This document shows, piece after piece, positions 18,661-27,060 of a stretch of DNA of 64,000 nucleotides; the stretch's first letter is position 1, and each line of letters begins with the position of its first letter. The translations under genes were made by a program, and so were the position numbers. The DNA lies in the NCBI GenBank assembly GCA_015064385.1, contig SVSI01000008.1:728-64727 (forward strand). The letters run 5' to 3'. Source of the DNA: Oscillospiraceae bacterium (GTDB lineage: Bacteria > Bacillota > Clostridia > Oscillospirales > CAG-272). A model generated the notes under the pieces. The model saw only the letters and a list, made by a program, of their open reading frames with translations. It did not search any database and had not been told where the DNA came from.

Positions 18661-19857
18661 ATGGACATTATAATCTTAGCCGACTTCAGCGGGAAATTTA
18701 ACGGCAAAGGCAATAACAGATTTCAGTATATAGCCAATCTTCTCGCCAAAGATCACGACGTTGAGATTTTAACGAGTGACTTTTCGCACGGGACGAAAAA
18801 GCATTTTGACGAGAAGCCCGACGAGAGTCTTCCTTATAAGGTGACTATGCTTCACGAGCCCGGATACCCCAAAAACGTGTGTCTTCGCAGATTTTATAGT
18901 CATTTCGTGTGGGGCAAAAACGTAAAGAAATATCTAAAAAAACGCAAAAAACCGGACGTCATATATTCTGCCGTACCTACGCTTACAGCGGCTTATGAGG
19001 CGGCAAAATACTGCAAAAAGAACGGAATTAAATTTATCGTCGATATTCAGGACCTCTGGCCCGAAGCGTACGAGATGGTGTTTAACGTTCCGATTATCAG
19101 CAGTATCATCTTCGCGCCATTCAAATGGATAGCAAACGGTGCGTATAAAAGAGCGGACGAGATAGTTGCAGTTTCGCAAACATACATTGACAGAGCGCTC
19201 AAGGTGAACAAGACCGCGTCGTCGGCACTCCCCGTTTTCCTGGGTACCAACCTTGATGATTTTGACAAATTGAACGAGGCAAACAAGTGTGAACGCGAGG
19301 AAAATGATAACGATGTTCTTATTGGATACGTCGGAACGCTTGGACATTCGTACGATATAGAATGCGTTATAGACGCGCTCGATATTTTGAAAAATCAGGG
19401 CTACTCAAATCTTAAGTTTCTCGTTATGGGAGACGGACCCCTTCGTGCGCGCTTTGAACAGTATGCGCGTGACAAGGGTGTTGACGCTACCTTCACAGGA
19501 CGCCTTGATTACGGAGTAATGGTCGGACGTCTTTGCGTTTGTGACATCGTTGTAAATCCGATAGTACCCAAAGCGGCACAGTCCATAATAAACAAACATG
19601 CGGATTATGTAGCATCGGGAATACCGGTTGTTAATACGCAGGAAAGCCCCGAATATCGCAAACTCGTTGAAGATTATAATATGGGCTTTAACTGTGAGTG
19701 CTCAAATGCCGAGGATATGGCAGAAAAAATAAAGATACTTACAGATAACGCTGATCTTCGCAAGGAAATGGGCGAAAATGCCCGTCGCTGTGCTCGGGAA
19801 AAGTTTGACAGAAAGAATACGTACACAAAGATCGTATCGATTATAACGGGCGAATAA
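18661..19857 (+). CDS. Glycosyltransferase family 4 (GT-B)
   Basis: GYVGTLGHSYD, FLVMGDGPLR, and a C-terminal region with ...NKHADYVASGIPVVNT. Confidence 0.65.
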   Translation: MDIIILADFSGKFNGKGNNRFQYIANLLAKDHDVEILTSDFSHGTKKHFDEKPDESLPYKVTMLHEPGYPKNVCLRRFYSHFVWGKNVKKYLKKRKKPDVIYSAVPTLTAAYEAAKYCKKNGIKFIVDIQDLWPEAYEMVFNVPIISSIIFAPFKWIANGAYKRADEIVAVSQTYIDRALKVNKTASSALPVFLGTNLDDFDKLNEANKCEREENDNDVLIGYVGTLGHSYDIECVIDALDILKNQGYSNLKFLVMGDGPLRARFEQYARDKGVDATFTGRLDYGVMVGRLCVCDIVVNPIVPKAAQSIINKHADYVASGIPVVNTQESPEYRKLVEDYNMGFNCECSNAEDMAEKIKILTDNADLRKEMGENARRCAREKFDRKNTYTKIVSIITGE

Positions 19858-19869
19858 AGGAAAATTGTT

Positions 19870-21147
19870 TTGAAGATTCTAATAATAAGTCATAACTGCT
19901 TTTCTACATATCAAAATATGGGAAAGACGTTCTTGTCGCTGTTTTCGGGATTTGATAAGTCAGAGCTGTGTCAGTTATACATATATCCGACGGTACCCGA
20001 CGTTGACGTTTGCTCGTCATATTACAGAGTTACCGATAAGGACGTGCTTGACAGTATCATAAAATTCAAAAAGCCGGGCAGCGAGCTGGACAAATCAAAG
20101 ATTGCTTCCGCTAAGAAAAATCTCTTTGAAAAGGATGAGGATGCAAAGCTTTACAGAAAGCAAGGGAAAAAAGAACCGCTAAAAAGACTTATGCGTGATA
20201 CTATGTGGTCTCTTTCCCATTGGTACACGAAAGATCTTGAAAAGTGGCTTGAAAGGGAAGAGCCAACGGCGATCTTTCTCTCGCCCGGATATGCAAAGTT
20301 TATATACAATATTGCACTGAAAATATCAAAAAAGCTTAATATCCCGATAGTAACGTATATTTGCGACGATTACTATTTTGTTAATACGCCAAAGCATCTG
20401 CTTGGAAAAATTCAGCTCGGTCTTCTCCGAAAGAAAACGGATACCTTGATGAAAAAGACATCGCATCTTGTTACGATATGCGACGATATAAAAGAATTTT
20501 ATGAGGAAAAATTCGGACTGCCTACTACCGTACTTATGACGGGTACTACGGCGGGACTTTCGGAAAATGAGCGAATAAGCGAAAAACCGAGTGCGGTATC
20601 CTATTTTGGAAACATTGGCTGTAACAGATATTATTCACTTGCTGATCTGGGCAGAGCACTTGATAAACTAAACCGAGAAAAGGGTACCGCTTACGAGCTT
20701 AAGATATATACCGGCGAAAAAAATTCGGATGTTTTGAGTGTTTTTGATACAATAGATTCGGTTCGTCTTTGCGGATTTATTTCCGGCAAGGAGTTTGAAG
20801 ATACGCTTCGTGCATCGGATATACTCCTTCATACCGAAGCGTTTGACAAGGCAAGCATTGACCTTGTAAAGCACTCGGTCTCCACCAAAATCGCAGACAG
20901 TCTTGCGAGCGGTATTCCGCTTTTTGCATACGGGCCAGTAGAGGTAGCTTCTATGAAGCACCTTATAAAGCATGATGCGGCGATCGTCTGCACGTCTCCG
21001 AGCGAGCTTGAAAAAATTCTTACGGAGGCATTCTGTAACGAAGATCTCCGTAGGCGCGTGGCTCAAAACGGACTCGTGACAGCGCGCGAATATCACGATG
21101 CTGCTAAAAATAGCGAGATGCTCAAAAAGATATTAAGCGATCTTTAA
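19870..21147 (+). CDS. Glycosyltransferase (GT-B-like), last gene of the locus
   Basis: 425 aa with a TTG start after AAGGAAAA. The C-terminal STKIADSLASGIPLFAYGP resembles the GT-B donor-binding region. A strong terminator follows. Confidence 0.5.
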   Translation: MKILIISHNCFSTYQNMGKTFLSLFSGFDKSELCQLYIYPTVPDVDVCSSYYRVTDKDVLDSIIKFKKPGSELDKSKIASAKKNLFEKDEDAKLYRKQGKKEPLKRLMRDTMWSLSHWYTKDLEKWLEREEPTAIFLSPGYAKFIYNIALKISKKLNIPIVTYICDDYYFVNTPKHLLGKIQLGLLRKKTDTLMKKTSHLVTICDDIKEFYEEKFGLPTTVLMTGTTAGLSENERISEKPSAVSYFGNIGCNRYYSLADLGRALDKLNREKGTAYELKIYTGEKNSDVLSVFDTIDSVRLCGFISGKEFEDTLRASDILLHTEAFDKASIDLVKHSVSTKIADSLASGIPLFAYGPVEVASMKHLIKHDAAIVCTSPSELEKILTEAFCNEDLRRRVAQNGLVTAREYHDAAKNSEMLKKILSDL

Positions 21148-21154
21148 AAACCTA

Positions 21155-21185
21155 ACGGACGGTGCTTGCGGCACCGTCCGTTTTA
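21155..21185. terminator. Bidirectional intrinsic terminator between convergent genes
   Basis: An 11-bp perfect stem, ACGGACGGTGC / GCACCGTCCGT, with loop TTGCG, followed by TTTT. Confidence 0.85.
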
Positions 21186-21187
21186 CT

Positions 21188-22504
21188 TTATATTTCTTCT
21201 ATTTCAATATAGACAAGAGAGTTTTTCTCAACTGTGAGTATCGTGCAATACGTATCTGCGCTTGTGAGTTCTTCTTTTATGAGGACACCGTCGTTTTTGG
21301 AGTCGGTAAGATAGAAGGACGCTTTACAAGTTCCGGAGAGTCCCGAAATTTCCGTTTTATAGGTGATCTCGTTTTCCGCATCGTCATCATCGTTGTATGC
21401 AACAATGAAAAATCCTTTTTTGCCGCTCTCTCCCTTTGCCGATATGGCATAGATATTTTCGCCGTCAATTACTGTTTCCGTTTCGTTACCCATAACGTAG
21501 AGCTTGTTAAAGAAATAGAAAGGGTAATACGGCTTGCACTTTTCCGCCCACGTATTGAACATTCCGTTCCAGAACGTGTTCGGTCGCGCATCGTAGTACA
21601 TAAGCATATCAAGATCGCTTTCTTGACCGGTGACCATGACAGAGCCGACGAATGCCGCACACTTGGAGCTTTGGTGAAGCTTTATGCTGTACACGTAATC
21701 GGGGCCCGACCACGCCTTAACGTAGTTCCATTCGTTGAGTATTTTCTCACACTTTATGCCGTACTTATCGAGTAATGTGTTTATGTCACCGATCCTTCGC
21801 GCGTAATCCTCGGGGCTTGTTCCGTAGCAGTGATACGAGAAGAAATCCAGAACCCCTACGTTTTCGGAAACGTACTTTATAAACATTTCGTTATATGTCT
21901 TTTTCGGACCCGTGACTGCCGGACCGCCTATTTTGAGGTCGGGGAAGCACGCTTTAAGATGCTTGGAGGTAAGTGTATAAAGCTCGAAGAACTGCTCGTC
22001 TGTGCCGATCCAGCATTTGTTGTCAAGATCGGGTTCGTTCCATATTTCCCAGTATGTGATTTTATAATAAAATCCGTTTGCCCAACCCTCTGTGTAGTGA
22101 CGGATTATATGCTCGCATATCTGTGCCCACTTGAGCGGATCCTTGGGTGCGAAGATGTTGTACTTCTTCACCTCGTGCTCGATCTTTGTTCCGAGACGGT
22201 AGAACACCTCTGCTCCTACGCTGTCTATCTCGGAAAGATATTTGTCGGTACAGGCAAAATCGTAGGACGCTTCATCGTTTACGTCTGCATCAAAATCCGG
22301 GAAGATTGCGTGAATATCTACCGTGTGGTATCCGCCGTAGCCCGCGAAAAACGAAGCGTCGTGCGTTCTTGCAAAGGGAATACCGGCTTCTCTGAAGGCG
22401 TCGAAGTTATCGCTTCCTCCAAAACGGGCGGGTCCGTTATTGACAGCGTGCATCGGCTTTATCCTGCCGAGAGTCTTTTCGGAATTAAATTTAACCGTGT
22501 TCAC
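21188..22504 (-). CDS. Glycoside hydrolase, clan GH-A (GH39-like)
   Basis: KPMHAVNNGP, the FARTHD block and YWEIWNEPD (acid/base region) are typical of GH39-type enzymes. Start reassigned to GTG 22504, which has AAAGGAGA 6 nt upstream, rather than ATG 22588. Confidence 0.55.
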   Translation of the reverse strand: MNTVKFNSEKTLGRIKPMHAVNNGPARFGGSDNFDAFREAGIPFARTHDASFFAGYGGYHTVDIHAIFPDFDADVNDEASYDFACTDKYLSEIDSVGAEVFYRLGTKIEHEVKKYNIFAPKDPLKWAQICEHIIRHYTEGWANGFYYKITYWEIWNEPDLDNKCWIGTDEQFFELYTLTSKHLKACFPDLKIGGPAVTGPKKTYNEMFIKYVSENVGVLDFFSYHCYGTSPEDYARRIGDINTLLDKYGIKCEKILNEWNYVKAWSGPDYVYSIKLHQSSKCAAFVGSVMVTGQESDLDMLMYYDARPNTFWNGMFNTWAEKCKPYYPFYFFNKLYVMGNETETVIDGENIYAISAKGESGKKGFFIVAYNDDDDAENEITYKTEISGLSGTCKASFYLTDSKNDGVLIKEELTSADTYCTILTVEKNSLVYIEIEEI

Positions 22505-22627
22505 AGCTTGTCTCCTTTTTGCAAAATGAGTTCTCACCTGGTTACATTTTATAATTTTATCATATCTATTACAAGTAGCAAAATGCACAATAAATAAAAA
22601 CTTTTTTGACTATTTTGACCAAAGCTA

Positions 22628-22656
22628 TTTACATTGCGGATAAATAAGTATATAAT
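22628..22656 (+). promoter_or_regulatory. Sigma-A-type promoter upstream of the AEC transporter
   Basis: TTTACA (22628-22633), a 17-nt spacer, then TATAAT (22651-22656). Confidence 0.6.
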
Positions 22657-22698
22657 ACCCGTAAGAATAAAAATAAAAATAGGAATTTTTAAGACAAA

Positions 22699-23640
22699 AT
22701 GTTAATTATATCACTTAAGCAAATGGCGGTACTTGCGATCTTTATAATGATTGGATTTACAGTGTCGAAATTAAAGGCAGTCGGTCCCGAAGCGGCGGGG
22801 GTACTTTCCAAGCTCGAGAGCACGGTGTTTATCCCTGCACTCGTTATGGGTACGTTTATAACCAATTTTACCACCGAGAAGCTTGGTGCAACTTGGAAGA
22901 TTCTTCTTTTTTCGACCGGTATCACGGTTATTGGAATATTCATTTCCATACTGTGCGCGAAAATAGCGAGCCGTGACCGATATATCCAAAAGATATACAC
23001 ATACGGTCTTGCCTTTGCAAACTTCGGATTTATGGGTATTCCGATAGTCAGCGCGCTTTTCCCGCAGTACGAGATGTACTACATAATATTTACTCTTCCG
23101 CTTTGGACCTTTATATACGTCTGGGGAGTTCCGTCTCTGCTTATGGGTAAAGAGGGAAGCTCGGTTAGAGACAAGCTGAAGGCACTTGTAAACCCGATGT
23201 TCATAGCCCTGTTGATAGGCGCCCTTATCGGTATTTCGGGACTGAAGATGCCCGATTTTATCGTGAGTGCGGTTAACACCTGCGGTAGCTGTATGTCCCC
23301 GCTTGCCATGATAATAACGGGTATGACCTTTGCAAATATGAACGTTAAAAAGGTGCTTTCCGATAAGAGTATTTATTTTATCTCGGTGGTGCGCCTTATT
23401 GTTCTCCCACTACTTTTCGGAGGAGTATATCTGCTCGTTACTAAACTGCTTTCTCTTGACGTGCCCGAATATTTCTTTATCTGTATGCTTTGCGCACAGG
23501 CAATGCCTCTCGGACTCAATACGGTCGTCGTACCTGCGGCGTACGGAAAAGATACGTCTGTCGCGGCGGGAATGGCGCTCATTTCGCACGCGATCTCGAT
23601 AATAACCATTCCGGTAATACTTACCCTGTTCGGACTGTAA
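22699..23640 (+). CDS. AEC (auxin efflux carrier) family transporter
   Basis: 313 aa with about 10 TM segments. The N-terminus and two-repeat membrane topology are typical of the AEC family. Confidence 0.7.
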   Translation: MLIISLKQMAVLAIFIMIGFTVSKLKAVGPEAAGVLSKLESTVFIPALVMGTFITNFTTEKLGATWKILLFSTGITVIGIFISILCAKIASRDRYIQKIYTYGLAFANFGFMGIPIVSALFPQYEMYYIIFTLPLWTFIYVWGVPSLLMGKEGSSVRDKLKALVNPMFIALLIGALIGISGLKMPDFIVSAVNTCGSCMSPLAMIITGMTFANMNVKKVLSDKSIYFISVVRLIVLPLLFGGVYLLVTKLLSLDVPEYFFICMLCAQAMPLGLNTVVVPAAYGKDTSVAAGMALISHAISIITIPVILTLFGL

Positions 23641-23645
23641 AAAAT

Positions 23646-23687
23646 AAACCCTCTCACGCAGTAAGCGAGAGAGGGTTTATTTTTTTA
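23646..23687. terminator. Bidirectional intrinsic terminator
   Basis: AAACCCTCTC...GAGAGGGTTT stem, flanked by an A-run upstream and TTTATTTTTTT downstream. It sits between convergent genes. Confidence 0.8.
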
Positions 23688-25043
23688 ATATGCAGTAAGG
23701 CAGTCCTTTGTGACTGTGATATCAACGCTCAGATCCTTGCCGTCTCGAAGGATATTCAGCGTTACGGTATCGCCCGCGCGCACGTCGAGCATCATATCTA
23801 TTATGTGATGCTGGCGCGTTATTTGTGTAGATTTTCCGTTTATAGCCGCACTTACGAGCACGTCTCCTTCTTTGAGTACGCCTTCTGCAAGAGAAGAACT
23901 GCTGATCTCATATACCGAAACGGTCTCCTTGATGGAGATCCGCCCCGTTTTTGCGTCGTATATCGCTTTGGAGTCGGATGCACTGACCGTAATACCGAGC
24001 AAAGCTCTTTGAACTCTCTCGACGTCGGTTTTATAGCAGTAATCAATTATGTTTTTAGCTATGGACACTGCAACGTTTGACGGTATCGCGTAGCCAATAC
24101 TTTCCACGCCCTCGTATATGATCTTGGCGTTGACGATGCCGATAAGATCTCCGTTTCCGTTATACAGTCCGCCTCCGCTGTTGCCCGAATTGATGGCAGT
24201 ATCGACTCGCATTACACGGAAGGAGACCTCGGTTCTCTCGTCTGCGGCCGTCATGGTGATGTATTCGGAATCCACGCTGACGATACCCGACGTGCAGGAA
24301 ATGCCAAGACCTTGAGCGTTTCCGATGGCAATTGCGCTGTCTCCGGCAAATACGCCGTCCGAGTCTGCGATATTGACCGCACGGGCGTCCGACTGCTTCA
24401 GAATATCGCTGTTTTCAACGAGAAGTACGGCAATATCGTAGTAAAGTGAGCCGCCAACGTAGGTTGCCTTTATCTCTTTTCCGTCCACTTCGGAGCCGTA
24501 GAGATAGACGTTTATGTCGTCGCTGATGCCGTTTTTAGTATCGCTGTCCACATCGTAAACCACGTGATAATTCGTAATTATAAAGGCGCTGCCCGTCGTT
24601 TTGTCAATTTCGTATATTACACCCGAGCCCTCCGAAGAATACTCTTCGACCGTCGGGCGACCGGGTCGGTATCCGTTTTGGACGGTTGCTTCAAAGTTAC
24701 ATATAATGCGAACAGCACTCCGAAGTCCCTTTGCGCTTGCGGCGGAAACACCGTTTTGAGCGCCTTCAATAGTGAGAGAGCCGTTTTGTCCGTCCTCACC
24801 GTCTTTTCCGTCTTTTCCGTCTGTTCCGTCCTCACCGTCCTGACCGTCCTGACCGTCAGTACCAACGACAACGCCTAAATTTTGCTCGGTGCCGTCACCG
24901 TATATAAGTATCAGCTCGCCCCTTTTGTTTATCTCTGCGTCAACTATTCCCGCAGATTTATTCAAATTGCAGGACGATAGAGCAAACGATATACAGAGCA
25001 GCAGGCATATAAAATATGTTGTCAAACGTGATTTTCTTTTCAT
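23685..25043 (-). CDS. Lipoprotein S1C (HtrA/trypsin-like) serine protease with PDZ-like C-terminus and an N-terminal collagen-like tract
   Basis: Lipobox LSSC (Cys25). Catalytic-triad contexts are TNYHVV, YYDIAVL and NSGNSGGGL. The C-terminal ~90 aa are PDZ-like. Confidence 0.85.
   Translation of the reverse strand: MKRKSRLTTYFICLLLCISFALSSCNLNKSAGIVDAEINKRGELILIYGDGTEQNLGVVVGTDGQDGQDGEDGTDGKDGKDGEDGQNGSLTIEGAQNGVSAASAKGLRSAVRIICNFEATVQNGYRPGRPTVEEYSSEGSGVIYEIDKTTGSAFIITNYHVVYDVDSDTKNGISDDINVYLYGSEVDGKEIKATYVGGSLYYDIAVLLVENSDILKQSDARAVNIADSDGVFAGDSAIAIGNAQGLGISCTSGIVSVDSEYITMTAADERTEVSFRVMRVDTAINSGNSGGGLYNGNGDLIGIVNAKIIYEGVESIGYAIPSNVAVSIAKNIIDYCYKTDVERVQRALLGITVSASDSKAIYDAKTGRISIKETVSVYEISSSSLAEGVLKEGDVLVSAAINGKSTQITRQHHIIDMMLDVRAGDTVTLNILRDGKDLSVDITVTKDCLTAY
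24780..24863 (-). repeat. Collagen-like Gly-X-Asp triplet tract (9 triplets) inside the protease gene
   Basis: Residues 61-88 read GTDGQDGQDGEDGTDGKDGKDGEDGQNG. The DNA shows the matching GTC/CTG/CGT-rich 9-nt periodic pattern. Confidence 0.9.
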
Positions 25044-25077
25044 TATATCAAGTCCTTTTCTTTACATATTTGTGTAT

Positions 25078-26316
25078 TTACAGAGTGACCTTGAAGCCAA
25101 TGTGGGTGTCGCCCTTTTTATAGCCGGATATAACACCCTTGTGCTTTTCGGTGATCGCCTTCGCCATAGAAAGTCCGACTCCGTAGCCGCCCGTGAATTT
25201 TCGCGCCTTGTCTGCACGGTAGAATCGGTCGAACAGACGGTCAAGCTCGATCTCGCCTACGGCACAATAGGTGTTTTCAACCGTTAAGACCGTGTGTCTG
25301 CCGCCGTGGAGCGATACGGTTATCTCTCCGCCGTTATCGCAGTATTTTATAGCGTTATCCAGCAGTATTCCGACAAGCTGTCTCAAAAGCGCTTCGTCGC
25401 CGAGGCAGGTGACGTCCTTGTTAACGTTAGAAACGAGTGTTTTGCCTCTGTCCCTGGCAAGCACCTCAAATTCGGCAACCGTGTCGAAAACGAGCAGTCC
25501 GAGTGAGACCTCGGTAAAGCTTATTCTATGTTCCTCTTCGTCCATACGGGAGAGCGCAACGAGCTGATTTACGAGCTCTGCCATACGGTTTCCCTCGGCT
25601 CTTACGTCGTCAAGCCACTCATTTTGACCGAGCTCGGATTCTGCAATATCAAGATTCGCCAGGATCAGCGTGAGCGGAGTTTTTAGCTCGTGACCGGCAT
25701 CGGTGATAAACAGCTTCTGCTTTTCGTAGCTCTCGGCAATGGGACGTACCGCTTTTTTAGAGAGCATGAAAATGAGAATAAGCACGAGAGCGGCACACCC
25801 GAGCAGAACGACGCCTGCGATCGTTGTCGATTGCATCGTGGCAGAGCGACTTGTACTGCCGTCAACGAAAACGATGCCCGTACCCGAGTCCGTAGTGAAG
25901 ATCTTGTAGCGGTAGCTTGATATCCATCCGCGCTCCCTACCTTTTCCGAGAGCGTTATTTGCGTATTTTATCGCGGTATCCTCGTCTATTGAGTATATAG
26001 CTTCGGTAAAGGTCTTGTCAACGCCGCCCTCACTGTCGAATAATACCGTAAAATGGCGGGTAGAGAAGGGTGTTTCGGGAGTTATGAAATCAAAGGTACG
26101 ATCATTTTTCTGCGGTGTCTTGTCATGGAACGGCTTTTCCCCGAAAGAGCCGGGAAATCTGCCTCCTCCCTCGGAAACTCTGTCTGCGAGAATATCCATA
26201 TTTCTGTTCATCGAGGACACGTTAAGTGCTAAAATTATACCGAACACAAGGGTGATAACGGCAAGCACAGACGCCGTGCATATCAGAATGAATTTGCGCT
26301 GAAGCTTGTATATCAT
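25078..26316 (-). CDS. Sensor histidine kinase (two TM segments, extracytoplasmic loop, HisKA plus HATPase)
   Basis: H-box DAGHELKTPLT, N-box LLDNAIKY and G-box GYGVGLSMAK. Start set at MIYKLQRKF, where an ATGA overlaps the response-regulator stop at 26313-26316. Confidence 0.9.
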   Translation of the reverse strand: MIYKLQRKFILICTASVLAVITLVFGIILALNVSSMNRNMDILADRVSEGGGRFPGSFGEKPFHDKTPQKNDRTFDFITPETPFSTRHFTVLFDSEGGVDKTFTEAIYSIDEDTAIKYANNALGKGRERGWISSYRYKIFTTDSGTGIVFVDGSTSRSATMQSTTIAGVVLLGCAALVLILIFMLSKKAVRPIAESYEKQKLFITDAGHELKTPLTLILANLDIAESELGQNEWLDDVRAEGNRMAELVNQLVALSRMDEEEHRISFTEVSLGLLVFDTVAEFEVLARDRGKTLVSNVNKDVTCLGDEALLRQLVGILLDNAIKYCDNGGEITVSLHGGRHTVLTVENTYCAVGEIELDRLFDRFYRADKARKFTGGYGVGLSMAKAITEKHKGVISGYKKGDTHIGFKVTL

Positions 26317-26987
26317 ACGCTCTCCTCCAAAATATATCCCGCACCGCGCACGAATTTTATCGTCACGGGAGCACAGAGGGTCTCGAGCTTTTTGCGTATG
26401 TTTGAGACGTGTACCCATACAACGCTCGTGTCAACGCTTGCATCCCATCCCCAGATATGTGTAATAAGCTGTTCTGCGCTGATAATGACATTAGGATCCT
26501 GCATCAGCATTTCCATTACCTGAAACTCTTTGCCGCTGAGAGCGTGTTTCTTTTCGCCGCATACGAGCTCGTATGTCGAGCGGTTGAGGGAGAGCGCGCC
26601 GAAGGAGAGCATGTCGGGAGTGAAATTATCCCTGCGCCTGAGCATAGCGCGAACTCTGGCGAGAAGCTCACCCGTTGAAAAGGGCTTGGGTAGATAATCG
26701 TCTGCTCCCGCGTCAAGTCCCTCGATCCTTTGATCGACCTCGCCTCTTGCCGTCAAAAAGAGGGCAGGAGTCGTAATATTGCTTGCCCGAAGCTTTTTAA
26801 GCAGTGTTACTCCGTCCATACCGGGCATCATTATATCGAGCACGAGCCCATCGTATTCGCCTGATAGGGCGTAGTCGAAGGCATCGGTGCCGTTGTCCAC
26901 GCCATCTACTGCGTAGTTACTCAGCTCAAATATATGAACGAGACTTTTCAGCAGCTTGGGATCGTCCTCTGCGATCAGAATACGCAT
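26313..26987 (-). CDS. OmpR-family response regulator
   Basis: MRILIAEDD...DGLVLDIMMPGMDG receiver domain, with a C-terminal winged-helix (VWVHVSNIRKKLE..RGAGY). Confidence 0.92.
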   Translation of the reverse strand: MRILIAEDDPKLLKSLVHIFELSNYAVDGVDNGTDAFDYALSGEYDGLVLDIMMPGMDGVTLLKKLRASNITTPALFLTARGEVDQRIEGLDAGADDYLPKPFSTGELLARVRAMLRRRDNFTPDMLSFGALSLNRSTYELVCGEKKHALSGKEFQVMEMLMQDPNVIISAEQLITHIWGWDASVDTSVVWVHVSNIRKKLETLCAPVTIKFVRGAGYILEESV

Positions 26988-27060
26988 ATACGCGCCTCCT
27001 TCCTTTTTCGGTACTGATTATATCATTTTTTGCTGTTTTTATCAAGGTCTTTTAGCGATT

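Noticed and set aside
23490-24080. A 196-aa + strand ORF overlapping the AEC 3' end, the terminator and the protease gene.
   Set aside because: It crosses a strong bidirectional terminator and lies antisense to the well-supported protease gene. It has no RBS and its composition is Arg/Cys-rich.
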